NCBI GenBank assembly: GCA_976226885.1
Contig: OZ320313.1
Coordinates: 145,452,001 to 145,516,000 of the forward strand
Length of the DNA: 64,000 nt
Origin: Iphione sp. A-MEVVRFRX5
Taxonomy: Eukaryota
Reading direction: 5' to 3'
The position numbers and the translations under genes are program-made. Below the pieces are notes generated by a model. The model searched no databases and was not told where the DNA came from. It was given only the letters and a program-made list of their open reading frames with translations. Positions 51,440 through 64,000 of the stretch are shown piece after piece (position 1 is the first letter of the stretch; every line of letters begins with the position of its first letter).

Positions 51440-52047
51440 GGCCCGGTTTCCTTACCTGCGGTGGTGTCCGTTGGTATACGTGTGCGTTTCAGTGCGGTAA
51501 ACGCATTGACGGGTGGTAAAGGCCAGTTTCCGCACGGCAACGCAGAGGGGTGTCCCCTACCAGTGCGTAACAATGCGTGCGTTGGTGTGCGTATATGAGC
51601 GGGAAAATACGAAAAACGGCAAAAAAACGCAGAAAACCAGCAAATTCCATGGAAATTGTCCCGAAAATGCATATTTCATGCAAATTTGGCCGAAAACCGG
51701 CAAATTTTATGGAAATCGGCCGAAAAACGGCTTGTTTCATGGAAATTCGGCCGAAAAACGTCAAAAATGTGCGGAAAAATTCGGGAAAAAAACCGCTTTG
51801 TGCGGAAATGTGCGGTATCCACATCCAAAAGTGAGGAAAAATGAGGAAATACCAGTGCGGAGCCCTGCGGGTGCGGTAAATTTACGGGAAGGGTTCGAAA
51901 ACGGGCTCCGCAACGCTACGCACCACAACGCACACGGACGGCAACGCACGTAAGGAACACCCCTGGTTAAAATAAACGTGAGGGTAAAATCGGTGCGTTT
52001 CCCGCACCGCAATGCACGCATGGCTACGCACGTAAGGAAACCGGGCC
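51440..52047. mobile_element. PIF/Harbinger-type MITE, 608 bp, TTA TSD
   Basis: TTA|GGCCCGGTTTCCTTAC(C)TGCG ... CGCA(C)GTAAGGAAACCGGGCC|TTA. The 16-bp TIR is perfect (20/21 extended), the TSD is identical, and there is an internal ~31-bp repeat x4 at 51642-51765. Confidence 0.9.
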
Positions 52048-54789
52048 TTATGGGTATAACCATTGGTACTGCACGAGCTACATCAGCTCGGGCGTGCGTT
52101 ATACGAGGTGTGCAAACCACGGGGGGGGGGGGTGCTTTGTTTTGGGGCCAATAGGCTCCGTCGCCAAATGTCAGCTCTTTCACTCTCCGTGTCAGCGGTG
52201 CCATCCCATTATAATGTTACATTTTTGACGTAGCTCCTAGGTTTAGGAATGATGAACCCAGAATCTTCCCCGTTTGTTTATTTTGGGTGAGGAGGTTTAG
52301 ATCGTGCAACACTGAGGGTGATTTCCCATACCTTACGTCAGGCACAAGTGTTACTATTATCATCTCCTTGACAGTGACAGTGTCGGCAGCACATGGATAA
52401 CCATGTCAGATAGTATATCACCAGCAGCTTATCAGCACGTGATATATACTTGCCCTTTGGAACAAAACACGTTGTTGAGACACCAAAAACCCTGGATGTA
52501 GCTTTTCTCTTGATAATATCCATGATCGGATAGCATACGTCATACTGATTGGCACCACCTAATATGCGCACCATCTTTTCTAGAAGAATTCAAACCCTTC
52601 TACCTCTCCCCAAATCAATTCCCGTTCTTCTGGAATTTAGCGCTAAGGGATTTCCTCCGATGATTTTTTTATATATATTTTTAGCAAGCTATTTTTAGAC
52701 CCTAGCATTGGAGCTTGTGATTTGATAAGGTCTTGAAAATTCCCATCATAGACCTCGTATATGGTAAGTGAGGGCAGGGAAATTCGCGATAAAATACTGT
52801 GTAAATCTTGGTCGCGGTTGACAAATAGGTCTCCAGGTGGATCTGGAGTCATATTCTTCTTTTCTGTGACCGCATCTTGCTGTCTATAAATAGAACGACC
52901 GGGACTGCACGTCTTTCACGAAGTTCATTGTCGTGTGTAATACTGATTCATTTAGTAACTGGGCCGACCCATTCAGTAAAAAAAAATTAAATAAATCACA
53001 CCTCTGATATGATTTTGTCCCTGTTTTGTCCACTCTCAAAATCTGTGTTTAATTTACCTTTAATGTGAGAGAAGCATTTTTACTATGCTGGAGATTCTTA
53101 TGTCTGACATGTTTTCATGCATAAAATTTTGCCCTGGTTTTATCACTAGATCTTGACGTATTTTTTGCCCTCCCACCTCTGGCAGGGGGGGGGGGGGGGG
53201 CATTTTGAAATACCTTAGTCTGACTCTTTCAGACAGTCTGGCTGCTCGTATCAAGTATGACGATCTATCCTTTGTGAGACTTGAACTCAACTTATGTTAA
53301 GGCTGTTGGGCACAGAAACAGAAGAGATATCATTATATTCGATGGAGGTCAGTTGGTATGGAGTGAGATTAGGGAATGTGCCATTTACAAAGAGGAGTAT
53401 TGATAATAGTAATATAAAAGAAAACTTGCACAAGATCTTAAGATATTATTTGATTTCCACCATGTACTTCTAATGCCTGTATTTTCCCACCTACAACTGC
53501 ATCTTTACTGTTTGTTTCGTCTCTCTGACTATTGTTTGAAGTGCGATGATCAGCCTATGTCATACTGGTGCTAGCAGCCAAAATACAAATACATGTTTAT
53601 GCCAATCAACTTGTGTCAGTAGAAATATAAATGAAACATGTAGTGACACCATTTAATGGTTTATCACTCTTTTCAGTGTTTATAACCATGCATACTTTTG
53701 TGGTCTTGCAATATATAACGGCAATATCATCAGTTTATCCGAGGCCCTCCTTTACGTATAACCTTTACTTTGTAGATTCACTGGGGTTTCCCCTGGCTAG
53801 ACATGTTTTGTATATTCATACTTTCATAAAATTGTTTAGGATGTTTGCCCAGCTTCTATAGACACCTACCTGTGATGAAATTTCAGACAGTTAGAACATT
53901 GATGCTAATCACAACTAGTTTATGTTTTTTGTTTCCATTATTACTCATTTTCACGGGTTGCTGATCTTCATTTTGCAAGGCAAACAGGTTCATTGCCTTA
54001 CTGAACCTACACAATATTTTTTTTCCTATAGACAATTCAAACATTGTAATGCTCTATGAATGTACATGTACATCGGATATGACGATGCTATTGTACTGTC
54101 CAAGGTCATTCTGTGAACCGTATAGAAAATTGAGAACCTGACATTCCAAACCTAAACCTTGAATATAGATGGGTTTAAGGCTGAAGACGCTTAAAAACTT
54201 AAACGCTTATTATACAAAATAAACAGACCAGTGTATGGTGTAGTTTGTATACGTTTTCTTATGAAGAAATATCATCAAAAGACGCACAAATATGTTCATA
54301 CTTAATCAAACCTCTTGATCGCTTAAAGGACTGTGTATTACAAGAGTTAACTTAATGTCAAAACCATATCTAATATTCAATACACTTACAATTCACTTCA
54401 CAGTAAACCAAACAAAATATGAGAACTGAATAAGTCTTTCTGCATCTGTCCCATGTTTCCCAACTTCGACTTCCTTGCTTTCTTCCCCCGCTGTCTTCCG
54501 GTAACAGGTTGGAACATATAGGGTCAGTAGGTTGGTGGGTTTTTTTTTTTTTTTTTTTTTTCATCATTAGTGAATCCTAAAACACATGTATTTGTTCAAA
54601 TCCGACAATGCCACTTTCCCTGAACATTTGGATCTGAATAATGCCTATAATATATGAAAGCAAATTATCTAAGAACGTTGTATTGGTGTATTGTATGTGC
54701 CTGTAGTTTTATTCAGTCTGAAGATATTCACAAAACAATAAAAAAAACATTCTATTATGCAAAAAAAATCCGGGTTACTGGAAACATAT

Positions 54790-55065
54790 TTTTGTCCCCT
54801 GCCTCATGGGGGGAGGGGGCTTAGGAATGCTGCTGACTAACTCTCCCACTTTCTGTCACACTCTTGTGGGTCATATAAATCTAAAACCCTTCAGTCAACT
54901 GAACTGATTTTGATATACATGTATAGACCTATGACACCAGTAATTTTGGTAGTAATTTAATTATTCTTAAAGATGAAATCATGCCAATTTTGCTCTTTTG
55001 CTGACATAACCACTAATGTATATACCTTGTTTAGGAATTTCTAGGTCTGACATTGCACTGACATG

Positions 55066-55095
<30 letters not shown>
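54790..55095 (+). repeat. Dispersed repeat copy homologous to 4285-4580, ending in (AC)n
   Basis: Colinear shared blocks with the copy in the RNFT intron. Confidence 0.8.
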
Positions 55096-55096
<1 letters not shown>

Positions 55097-58000
55097 CAAT
55101 AAACAATAAGTCTGTGTTGTCCCTTAATTGACCAGAATATATGTACATATATTTGTATGGTAGCAATCAACTGCACCTGGTAATAACTGCGTTCTGAGTA
55201 AGAAACCCACCAAAATCCATCAGGGTTTCTTAGCCCCCTCATCCTATATACATGTACATGAACAAGTATACTTTCCCTTGCCGTTAACAAGATGAAGTCT
55301 TTTACGTTTTCTAACCAACTTGTCTTATTTCCATCTGTTCCAGAGACTCCTCGTCACCACTGAAGCACCCCACTTCTTCCCGTTGACGAATCTAGGATCT
55401 TGAAAAGTCGCATTGCGGGTCATTCGGCACTCTGTGCTTGCTTCTTGCATGCGCCAAATTGCGGATTCACTCGGTTTTTCTCGTGTATATGTCGCAGTTG
55501 AAATGGCACACTGGGTTGCTACGGGATCGAGACTGGAAGGATCGTTTGCTGGGTGATGTGCAAGAAGATACTGCGTTCTTGAGAAGAAACAAGTGGACTG
55601 ACTTACAAATGACGTATTCCCCGCCCGCAATCAACAACCCGCAAGTCCCTCACCAAACCTTTAGAGGGCCTGTTACCACCTAGGCTAGTCCATTTGTTGT
55701 TGTCTGTAACGCTTCAGGGTGGCAAGCACTGTGATGGCGTCAAGGGTCCCGGTTTAGGGCCCGGGGATGGACACGCACATTGTTGCAGGGGCAAATGTCT
55801 AGGTAGGTTTTTGATTCCGGAATCAAAGCCCAGGAGGGGATTGGGGCTGGGGAAATAGTGGGAGGGAATGTCGAGCCTAAGCCAAAGGTGGATGGTGAAG
55901 ATAAATGGGCCACAGTTTTGTGGTCCGTTGCAGATGAACAGATCTTCAGGGTGTAGGAGCACTGGAACGTGACGACCTTGAGTAGATTATCAAGATACAG
56001 GCTAACAGAACTGAAACGAACCTCAAGAAATAAATATGGATCTTTCCATTACCACCAATTGCCAATGTTTTGAGTAATTAATCAGCGGACCCTGTCGAGT
56101 ATGCCCTGCGCAGACCCAGGCTGAACTGCGTTTCCTCCCCGAAGTGGGCAAAAGCACCATTTCGCGTGAGACATAGGCACACGTAGAACTCAGTGGATCT
56201 AGTGGTGCTAAGCAATTTTTTTTCAATGTCTTTCGAGGTGTACACGTTTTTCCGTTAATTCCAATTGTGAGTTCCGTAAAAGGTGACTCTCATCTGTGAT
56301 TATTTGCCATTGTATATAGTCCCATAATGTTGGCTGTCATTTTTTTTCAATTTTTCCTTGTTGTTCAGTGTCCGCTTTCCACGGGGCTCTCCCAATGTAG
56401 AGGGAATGGTCCCCATTCTCCTTTGTTTATATCCTGTTTGTCATAAAGAAACAATGAACACATGATGGTTTAGCCATAGGGGCCAGTTACAAATATTGAT
56501 CCTGTCTGTGTATGTTGATACATGTACATGCGTACTTAACCGTTTCCCATACTACGCCTCTTCTAAATAAAAGCTGCATTTACTGCGTGTAAGTTTCACG
56601 ATGAACGATTAGACGGACATCTCCTTCAGCTTTCTCTTAAAATTGTTTAATATATTGGATTTGAAAACATGGAAGTCAAACTTTATATCCAAATTAAAAC
56701 CCATATCAGCTGTGAGATAGAATTGGATTGGCGGTGATAAAATCTGTTGATTATGTGGAATCAAAGAAGTATAGGCTCCAGAAATAGCTGTGGCAAGTTA
56801 CCCGAGAAGTGACATGTTCTGTATGGTGGAGTTAAGCTTTCGGTGAATTGTAAGCATAGATTATGATTCGCTTTTCTTTTGTGAATAATTACCAATGAAA
56901 TTAATAAAGGTTGAACTAAAAGGATGTTGCCCTTATTAATTTAGTTTGACTTAAAACAAATATACGTGCGTTGTATGTAGTGAGCCTAGAATACAAACTG
57001 AAGAAAAAAAATTAATTGCCCTTTTGCGATGTGTGGCGCGTCTCCGACCCCCGACCCCCCTTTTTTGCTGTTTCTGTCCCTCCGCCTCTTCCTGTCTGTG
57101 TTTGGTTTTCTCCCCGCCGTAGCTCTCCACCTTCATGTCTGTATTTCTTCATCTGTCTCTATCCCTGTCTTTCTCCTTCGTTTGTAGTTTATATGGCTTA
57201 CATACCTATAACTATACTTAGCCAGGTATCCCTCAGTCTAATGGACAAAGCTGTCTTGGCAACAGCCGCGTTTGCCCGTCAAACTTGATTTGATCTGGTC
57301 ACTGTGAACTTTCCTCAGTTTCCATCAAACAAGGTTGGTCTGTACAATTTTGTTCCCATTTTATCTTACTGCAAGGCGCCAGCTGCAATTTTCCCCTCAA
57401 AGTAACTGGTCGCATGACTAGTGATACAAGAGACGACATAACACCATTTTTACTGAACAGCTAAAGCAGTGCTCCCTGACATCAACGCACTTGCAGCTTG
57501 CTCGCCATATTTACCGCAGAAAACCCTCCCTCCTCCGGGTCCACGATAAGACCAGGCGGATGCACCCTACAGTTTGGATCCCTGGCGATGATTCGAGAGC
57601 CTGACTTGTCCTCGGTGATTTGTCATCAGTTCGATCTGACCGACTCATTCCTAGGCTCGCCCAGCCAGCGACCTCACGTTGTCTGAAATCTCATTCGTCA
57701 CACGGGTCTATAAAATCTTACTTCTTCATCGCCGGTTGAAGCATGCAGCCTTGTGTTACACCAAGTCTTGAATCGTTTTTTTTCCTTGATCTAACCCTGG
57801 AACTAAGAAAATCTCAGCCCGCTTTAAGAGGACCACGTGGGACTTTTTCGCGCGCGCGTGGGATGTTTGTGCGTGCGTGATTGCGTGCGTGTGCATGTGT
57901 GCGCCTGTGGTCCCAGTGACAAGGAGCGCTATTCTATGACATTCAGATATGTTGAGATTTCCTTCCATTTGCACATGCACCAAGCGCGCAGGAAAATGTG

Positions 58001-61000
58001 TCAGTGTGTTTGCGCGTATGTATACGTATGTAAGTGGTACCTGATGGACGTCTAGCCAACCTCTCAAGAGGTGGTGTCCAGAATGTCATTTTCCTCCTAA
58101 ACCCTACTCCACCCCTCCGCACCTTTCGGTTTTCGGTGAAATACACAAAAAAATTCTACAGCAAATACAGAATGTTGCTTGATTTATTGGCCGATTCTGT
58201 GTATCATCTGTTTGTAGGAAAAGACATTCCAGGGACGCCTGTTGTTGCCCCCCCTCCTAATACACACATAGACGCATACACTCCCACCTAAATATCAACG
58301 TACGGAATGAAAATTCGTCCTCAACGTATAAGGATTACCCATTGCCCCTGTCTTAAAACATGCACATGTATATCCCAAACAAACAGTATGTTGTCAGTAT
58401 TCATGCACTGACCGCGATCAATACACGAAGTAGATAATACCCGTTTCCTTCACTTACAGAAATAAATGTACTCATTCAGCATAAACCTCAACAGTACTAA
58501 ATGTACCTGTGTTACCAAATATATTGCGCAGTGAGTCTCTTTCTTCAGATACCTGTCTGTGCTCGAGTTTCTCTTGTAGTTCTGCCAAAGTCACTGAGCG
58601 TTGGCCAGCTGCCCTCGTGGGACCTAAATCAAAGAGAGGGAAAAAAACATTTTCGACGTTCCGGTGACCTCTCATCTGCACTAAAAGATACATGACACGT
58701 TTCAAAATAATGATAGATGAAATGAATACAGAGGTTATCTAAAGGTCAGTGGCTGTTGCGGTACACCACTCAACAAAAGTGCATATTTTCTGTTTGAACT
58801 GTTTTTTATTATTTAAACTGTTTATTGAGAGACATATTCCTCGATATTCATCAAATCTTTGCACACCCCGGTAACGTTTGCATATATAATTTCAATCAAA
58901 ATGTTTCGACACCAGAGACTAGGCCTGCAAATATACATCTGAATAGGGTTTGTTTTAGTTCAAATGGAAACGAGTGCCATTTCAAAAGGGTTTTATTGGT
59001 ATCATTCCGCCAAGCGTACCGGTTAGCTATTCGCTTGGAGAATAGGTGTAACACTAGACATGAGCATCCTTTGATTCCATTACCAAAGTCAACCTGCTGG
59101 CTTCAATTCATCTGATCTGTCGGGTGGTTCGGTCGAACCCTAATGGTATGATCCTCCATGGACTTCGGTTATTAACAGGTCTACATTTATTACCCGCGAA
59201 CCTACGTTCGCGTAAAATATGGCTAATTAAACTTACAATTATGCCCACATCTTGAAGGGGGGGGCGGGAGTTGTCTCGAAGAGTCCCAACAGTAAAGTCC
59301 CCTGGATGTAAGGACCGTATCAAGGACTTCGATATCTACAGAGAACCTTTTCAGCGGAAAATGGGGAACCCATTCTCTCACAATCCCAACCCCGAATTAA
59401 GATGTGGAATTTATAAAAGATCCCCTCCCAGGCTACGGCTATAGATCATTCCTTCATAAACCCGTGTATTTAGAGTGAAGGAAGTGGTAGCGTGACCAAG
59501 GCGTGATCAAGGCCAGTTGGGCATTTTAAAGAACATCGCTACATCACACTCTATAACAGCACGAGGTTATAATGGCCTGATACAACGGGTCGGTGTACAA
59601 ATATCTCAGTTATCCGTCCACCCTCCTATAGGAACAGATGATCCACTCATTTGACATCACATGTCCGACGGCACATTCCTCATCAATGGAAGACAGTCAT
59701 GAGAAAACGCGAACATGAATTTTTAAGTTTTCACACTTTATTACTAGAACAGTCCAACATCTATCAGAGTTGGCCTCACACGGTCAATAACTGCACAGTT
59801 TATTGCGTCTCCAGCACATTGAAGATTACATAAACTTTCAAAGCAAATCATGTGCCCTGGTAACACTATACAAGTATTATTATCTCCTTAAGCTAACTCA
59901 TTTTAGGGGGTGTTCACATGTATCTGTATATTCTATATATGTCTGGACACGTAAATGGATTTTATCTGCCCATAGCAATTTTACTACAGTGTTCATGTGT
60001 CCGTTCAAAACGGATACGGACCCAGCGATGGATTTTCTACGGACTTTCTGTATCTCAGACTTCTATAGTAGAGAAACATCTGGTTAACACATGGAAGCCT
60101 TTAAAATATACCCAGCAGGAGGTGATCCTCATCTCCAGACCTGTAGATGGAGTTTTCATATGAATACATGTGAGCACCCCCTTAGCTGGTACTCGACTAG
60201 AATTTAGAAGAGAAGGAGTTATTAATGTCAGCATTGATCGTCTCTATAGGATGTAGATAAGCTTTATGTAAAACATCGGAAATGGTTGGCGAAGACATCA
60301 CCAGACTTCATAACTGTTCTGTTGGTGATATGATAGTGATACCGTATATATTGCATACCATAGGTTGGTGATGCCGCACAGTGTATCACAGGTAAGTTGT
60401 GATAGCCAACGGCACGGGGCTCGAGTAGCATTGTGAACCGTGGATGGTTGTTTCAGTTTGGGAGCCTCCGCTCCTGATTTCCTGTGGTAGAAAGTCTGTC
60501 GTTAGAGGGATTCATGTTGTCAAAAAAAGGACAAGAGGACAGGTTGCTGGCTGAGCTTCTCCTTATAATCTTGCATTAAGAAGAATGTCCTCGTTTTGTT
60601 CCCGACCAAAATATATGTGCATTATATTCTCACCGCCAAGCGCATTTATTACGACTGACTCAGAGACCGCTATGGGTCATCCAAGTGCAAACATTGAATT
60701 TTTGTTGACACCCCCAGCGCGTTATACCACTGCAATCCTAGCGACATTGTATGAAGTAGATGTAAAGTTTAAAGTTCCAATTGTTTTATGTCTGTTTTTC
60801 ATTTTGCTCACTCATGCTGTGTCTCCTGTCCTGTCTCAACCTCCTATCCTCAATGATGTAGTACGAGACATAGGCCTAACCCAGCTTTTCACACAAATCA
60901 GAAATGCTTTGCCTTTTTAATTGAAGGAACGTCCAAAGAATGAGGAACACGTAGAATAATACTGCAGTAAACACATAGAGAATGGCCGATCACTGCACTG

Positions 61001-64000
61001 AGGTCGGACTGACGATAAACTCGGTGCAAACATGTATTTCCTGGTGCAGAGGGTCATCGAGTACATTCTGGGCATCATGATGGCACGGCCTCATCTGCAT
61101 AACAACTAGAACACACTCTTTAACCTGTGCTTGAACACCCCAGGCACCTTCTATCAGGACGCGCTTAGACCTTTTTTCCTGGAAGATGTTAGAGGTTGGG
61201 AACCCCCTTTTTGTGACTCATTGCTAATAATATCTTAGCATAGTGGAAATATAATTAAATATTGAACGCTTTTTAGATGGATACATCTTTTTATGAATCG
61301 TATTTTACACTCAATACTTAATTGAGCCAATTTTGTTGCTCGATTCCCCTTAATCACAAGAAGTGCGTGAAAGTAAGTGCGTGTTTTAAGCGGGCTTTGA
61401 ACCAAACCTTATTGCATTAAATCCCCTGAGTTTATTTACTGTTGACGTACAAAATAGCTCTTCCTATTTATAGCAATCTTGTAGCATAGTATATAAGAAA
61501 TGGTGTACATGTACATCCTCGAAAGTAAGTACATGTGATAAGAATAACAGTAAACTAAGGATGTTTTTCAATACATTTATTCTGTATCAAAACATATATA
61601 CAATCCTCTGAAATAACTCGTCAGTCATTAAATATTTTAGAATTGCCATATGCGTAGGTTGTAATATGTTTCTCCCTGTGAACAGCGTGTTAAAAATACC
61701 TTCTCTCTGACAAATAATTTCTGCAACATCGATTATCATTTTTTCAACAATGTATACATATCAATATATAAGTCATTATCGCTTCTTTTCTAAAGAGAAA
61801 ACTCATAGCCGTGTTCTCGTCGTCCATAGGGAGTAGTATGGCAAGTTATGCGTAATCCTCGTATTGACTCTCACACTACGACAGTGTGAACTGTGCACAG
61901 ATGGAGCAATGCAAACAATGAAGTTCAACGCCAACCAAATATTTCCAGGAAAAATCATCACCCGCCGAAGCGGGGTGCAACAGACGCTGGTCCCAAGAAC
62001 GCCGCTTCAACTGAAGCTGACGTCATGACATGGAGACTGGCCACCACGAACTGAAGGGCGACCCGACCCGGGAACTTACGACCACATGTTGTACACGCGA
62101 GTAACACGATCAGTCGGGGATCTTACTTTTATATTTGATACATGTTTATATATAGGCCTCCTGCCCACTTAAAAAAACACACACACCCGCAATTATTTTG
62201 GAGATAAGACTTGGAAGGAAAACGAGTCAGGTCCATAGCGCTCATGGTGATTACCGGACATGTGTTGACTAGAACATCTCTTTCCTCACGCCGATCTTTT
62301 ATAGAAGGACAGGGGAAAAGCGGACGATCAAAGATTATAAAAGAAAAGTCAAAATTAACAAATTTAGAGACGGAGGAGGATAGAAAGTGAGGCAGGTGAG
62401 GAGGTGAAGGAAGGGGAGGAGGTAACACGAGACACGTGTCTTGCCCTGTCCTGAGACAGGTCGGAGACAAGAGTTGGCCCGAACGGCAGACTATACACCT
62501 CGGGCTTGGGATCACATGACCTAGCCGGTCCTGACTGTGCGAATCGCCCGTACATCTCGGTACACTTTTCTCCCTATACCAGCGCCCGTCCGTGGACTGA
62601 CAAGCCTTATTACTTTCGGCCTGTACAACTATACGTGGAACAACCTGTAAATGCACGCATGGTGACTAATCCAAGCTTTTACTGAATGAACGAACGTCAG
62701 CACAAGTATCCTGTTCAGTATAATGATATTTGTTTTGAACAGAAGTTACTACAATATAAATAGCATTTTCGGCTGAAGTTTATAACCTCACTTTGTCGTC
62801 TGGATCTTGGGCGGCGTGCCAATCACGGATACTAGCATGCTACCAAGAAACTAAAAATGTCGGACTAGTTGTGGGATGGGACTACACAAGATCAGCACAG
62901 ACGTTAAAAATAACTGAGATCGGGACGATGGGTTGAAGGCTTAATAATAAAATAGAGTCTGTTTTAAATGAGGTGGGCGTAATGATACATGCAGGCAAAA
63001 CAATATATCAACGTCACGGTCAAGTGACTATACCCAAGAAAATAAATAGGACACTTGTCATGGACTTGTATAGAGTAAAAGTCAAAACGCTCGACTTCTT
63101 AGTATCGAACGCTGGTGTTTTGCTTGTGATTTCAATCTGAACAACCACAGGATTTTACGTGATTAAAATCTAAGTTTACACCACTAACAAATATCACCAC
63201 ATATTAAGTACAAAAATGCAACGTTTTATTAGAGAACGTTTCAAGACGTATTCTGAAATATGTATAAAACATTAACGTTCTTTACAAAAGAGATCCCAAT
63301 ATCGAAGCACCAACATTCCTCAACCATATAGAATAAGTCACGCTTGGAATAGTCAATTTTACAAAATATTGAAGCTATTTACATTGTATTGTGCAGCTGA
63401 GTCAGGGATCAAGCTCCATTTTGGATGGAGGATCATACCTGCAACTGCGTCTGGGAGCAAGTCTGCCCATCGACAACAAAAGAATATAGAGAACTAATCA
63501 TCCACATGAGAACAGTCCATGGAATTCAGGTTCCTCACAACCCGTGGAATGTTTCTTGAAGGAAGAGTTACTTACATCAAGAGTGAAGTTCAGGCGAAAA
63601 CGTGTACACATCTGGAAACAGCAAGCGTATAATACGGAAATAACTTAAGTTTTAGGAGTCCGTACAGCGGGTACACCACCATGCTATCACCTCAGTTACA
63701 TGCTCAGCACATGATTGGTAGGCGCGTCCAAGATTTGTAGTCCGAAAATAGTTCTTAGAAAAGTGTCAGTAAATGTGATAATGAATTGGCTGTTTTTGTG
63801 TGCTGTAGACCATCATACGAGCTGGCACTCGACATTGGCCACGGCGATCTGATCTCCAGCGTCGACGTCTAGGGGGGCAACTGGAACTGCTTCGGCCCCA
63901 GTGCAAATGTCCACGTTCTGCATGGATAACAAAGAGCCATGAATTTTGCCAGCGACGTTTTACGTCTAATGATGAGAGTTTGCAATGAAGAGGTCTGGGT

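Noticed and set aside
51308-52204. Cluster of 85-147-aa ORFs on both strands
   Set aside because: They lie mostly within a stop-poor non-coding MITE, and there is no transposase motif.
8500-64000. Window-wide enrichment of RBPJ (GTGGGAA) or AP-1 sites
   Set aside because: Rough counts (about 10 and about 15 versus about 8 expected) are too close to chance to claim without a proper background.

Overview
Eukaryotic genomic DNA with GT-AG introns, one 159-N gap and roughly 40% GC by eye. The many TACATGTA motifs, poly-G runs and repeat types suggest an invertebrate deuterostome such as amphioxus; this is inference, not proven. The only protein-coding gene I can support is the 3' part of an RNFT1/RNFT2-family RING-finger transmembrane E3 ligase (+ strand, six exons, 1257-5669, in-frame junctions, complete C3HC4 RING, stop at 5669). 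The remaining ~58 kb has no recognisable host gene. It looks like a regulatory desert or giant intron with several GC-rich, motif-dense promoter/enhancer-like islands and decayed mobile DNA: LINE relics, a tRNA-derived SINE, a PIF/Harbinger MITE with TTA TSDs and a Tc1/pogo-like MITE family. The most interesting signals are: (1) a ~143-bp module flanked by a 9-bp direct repeat that carries an apparently intact minimal type-I hammerhead ribozyme with a palindromic stem III (29846-29883), plus two more decayed hammerhead cores; (2) a Penelope-like insertion flanked by a candidate 15-bp TSD with a perfect fold-back palindrome at the junction; (3) strong excess of TACATGTA, which matches the Tc1-type excision footprint; (4) CRE/ATF, PBX-MEIS and CTCF-like motif clusters. 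All coordinates and alignments were done by hand with no database searches.
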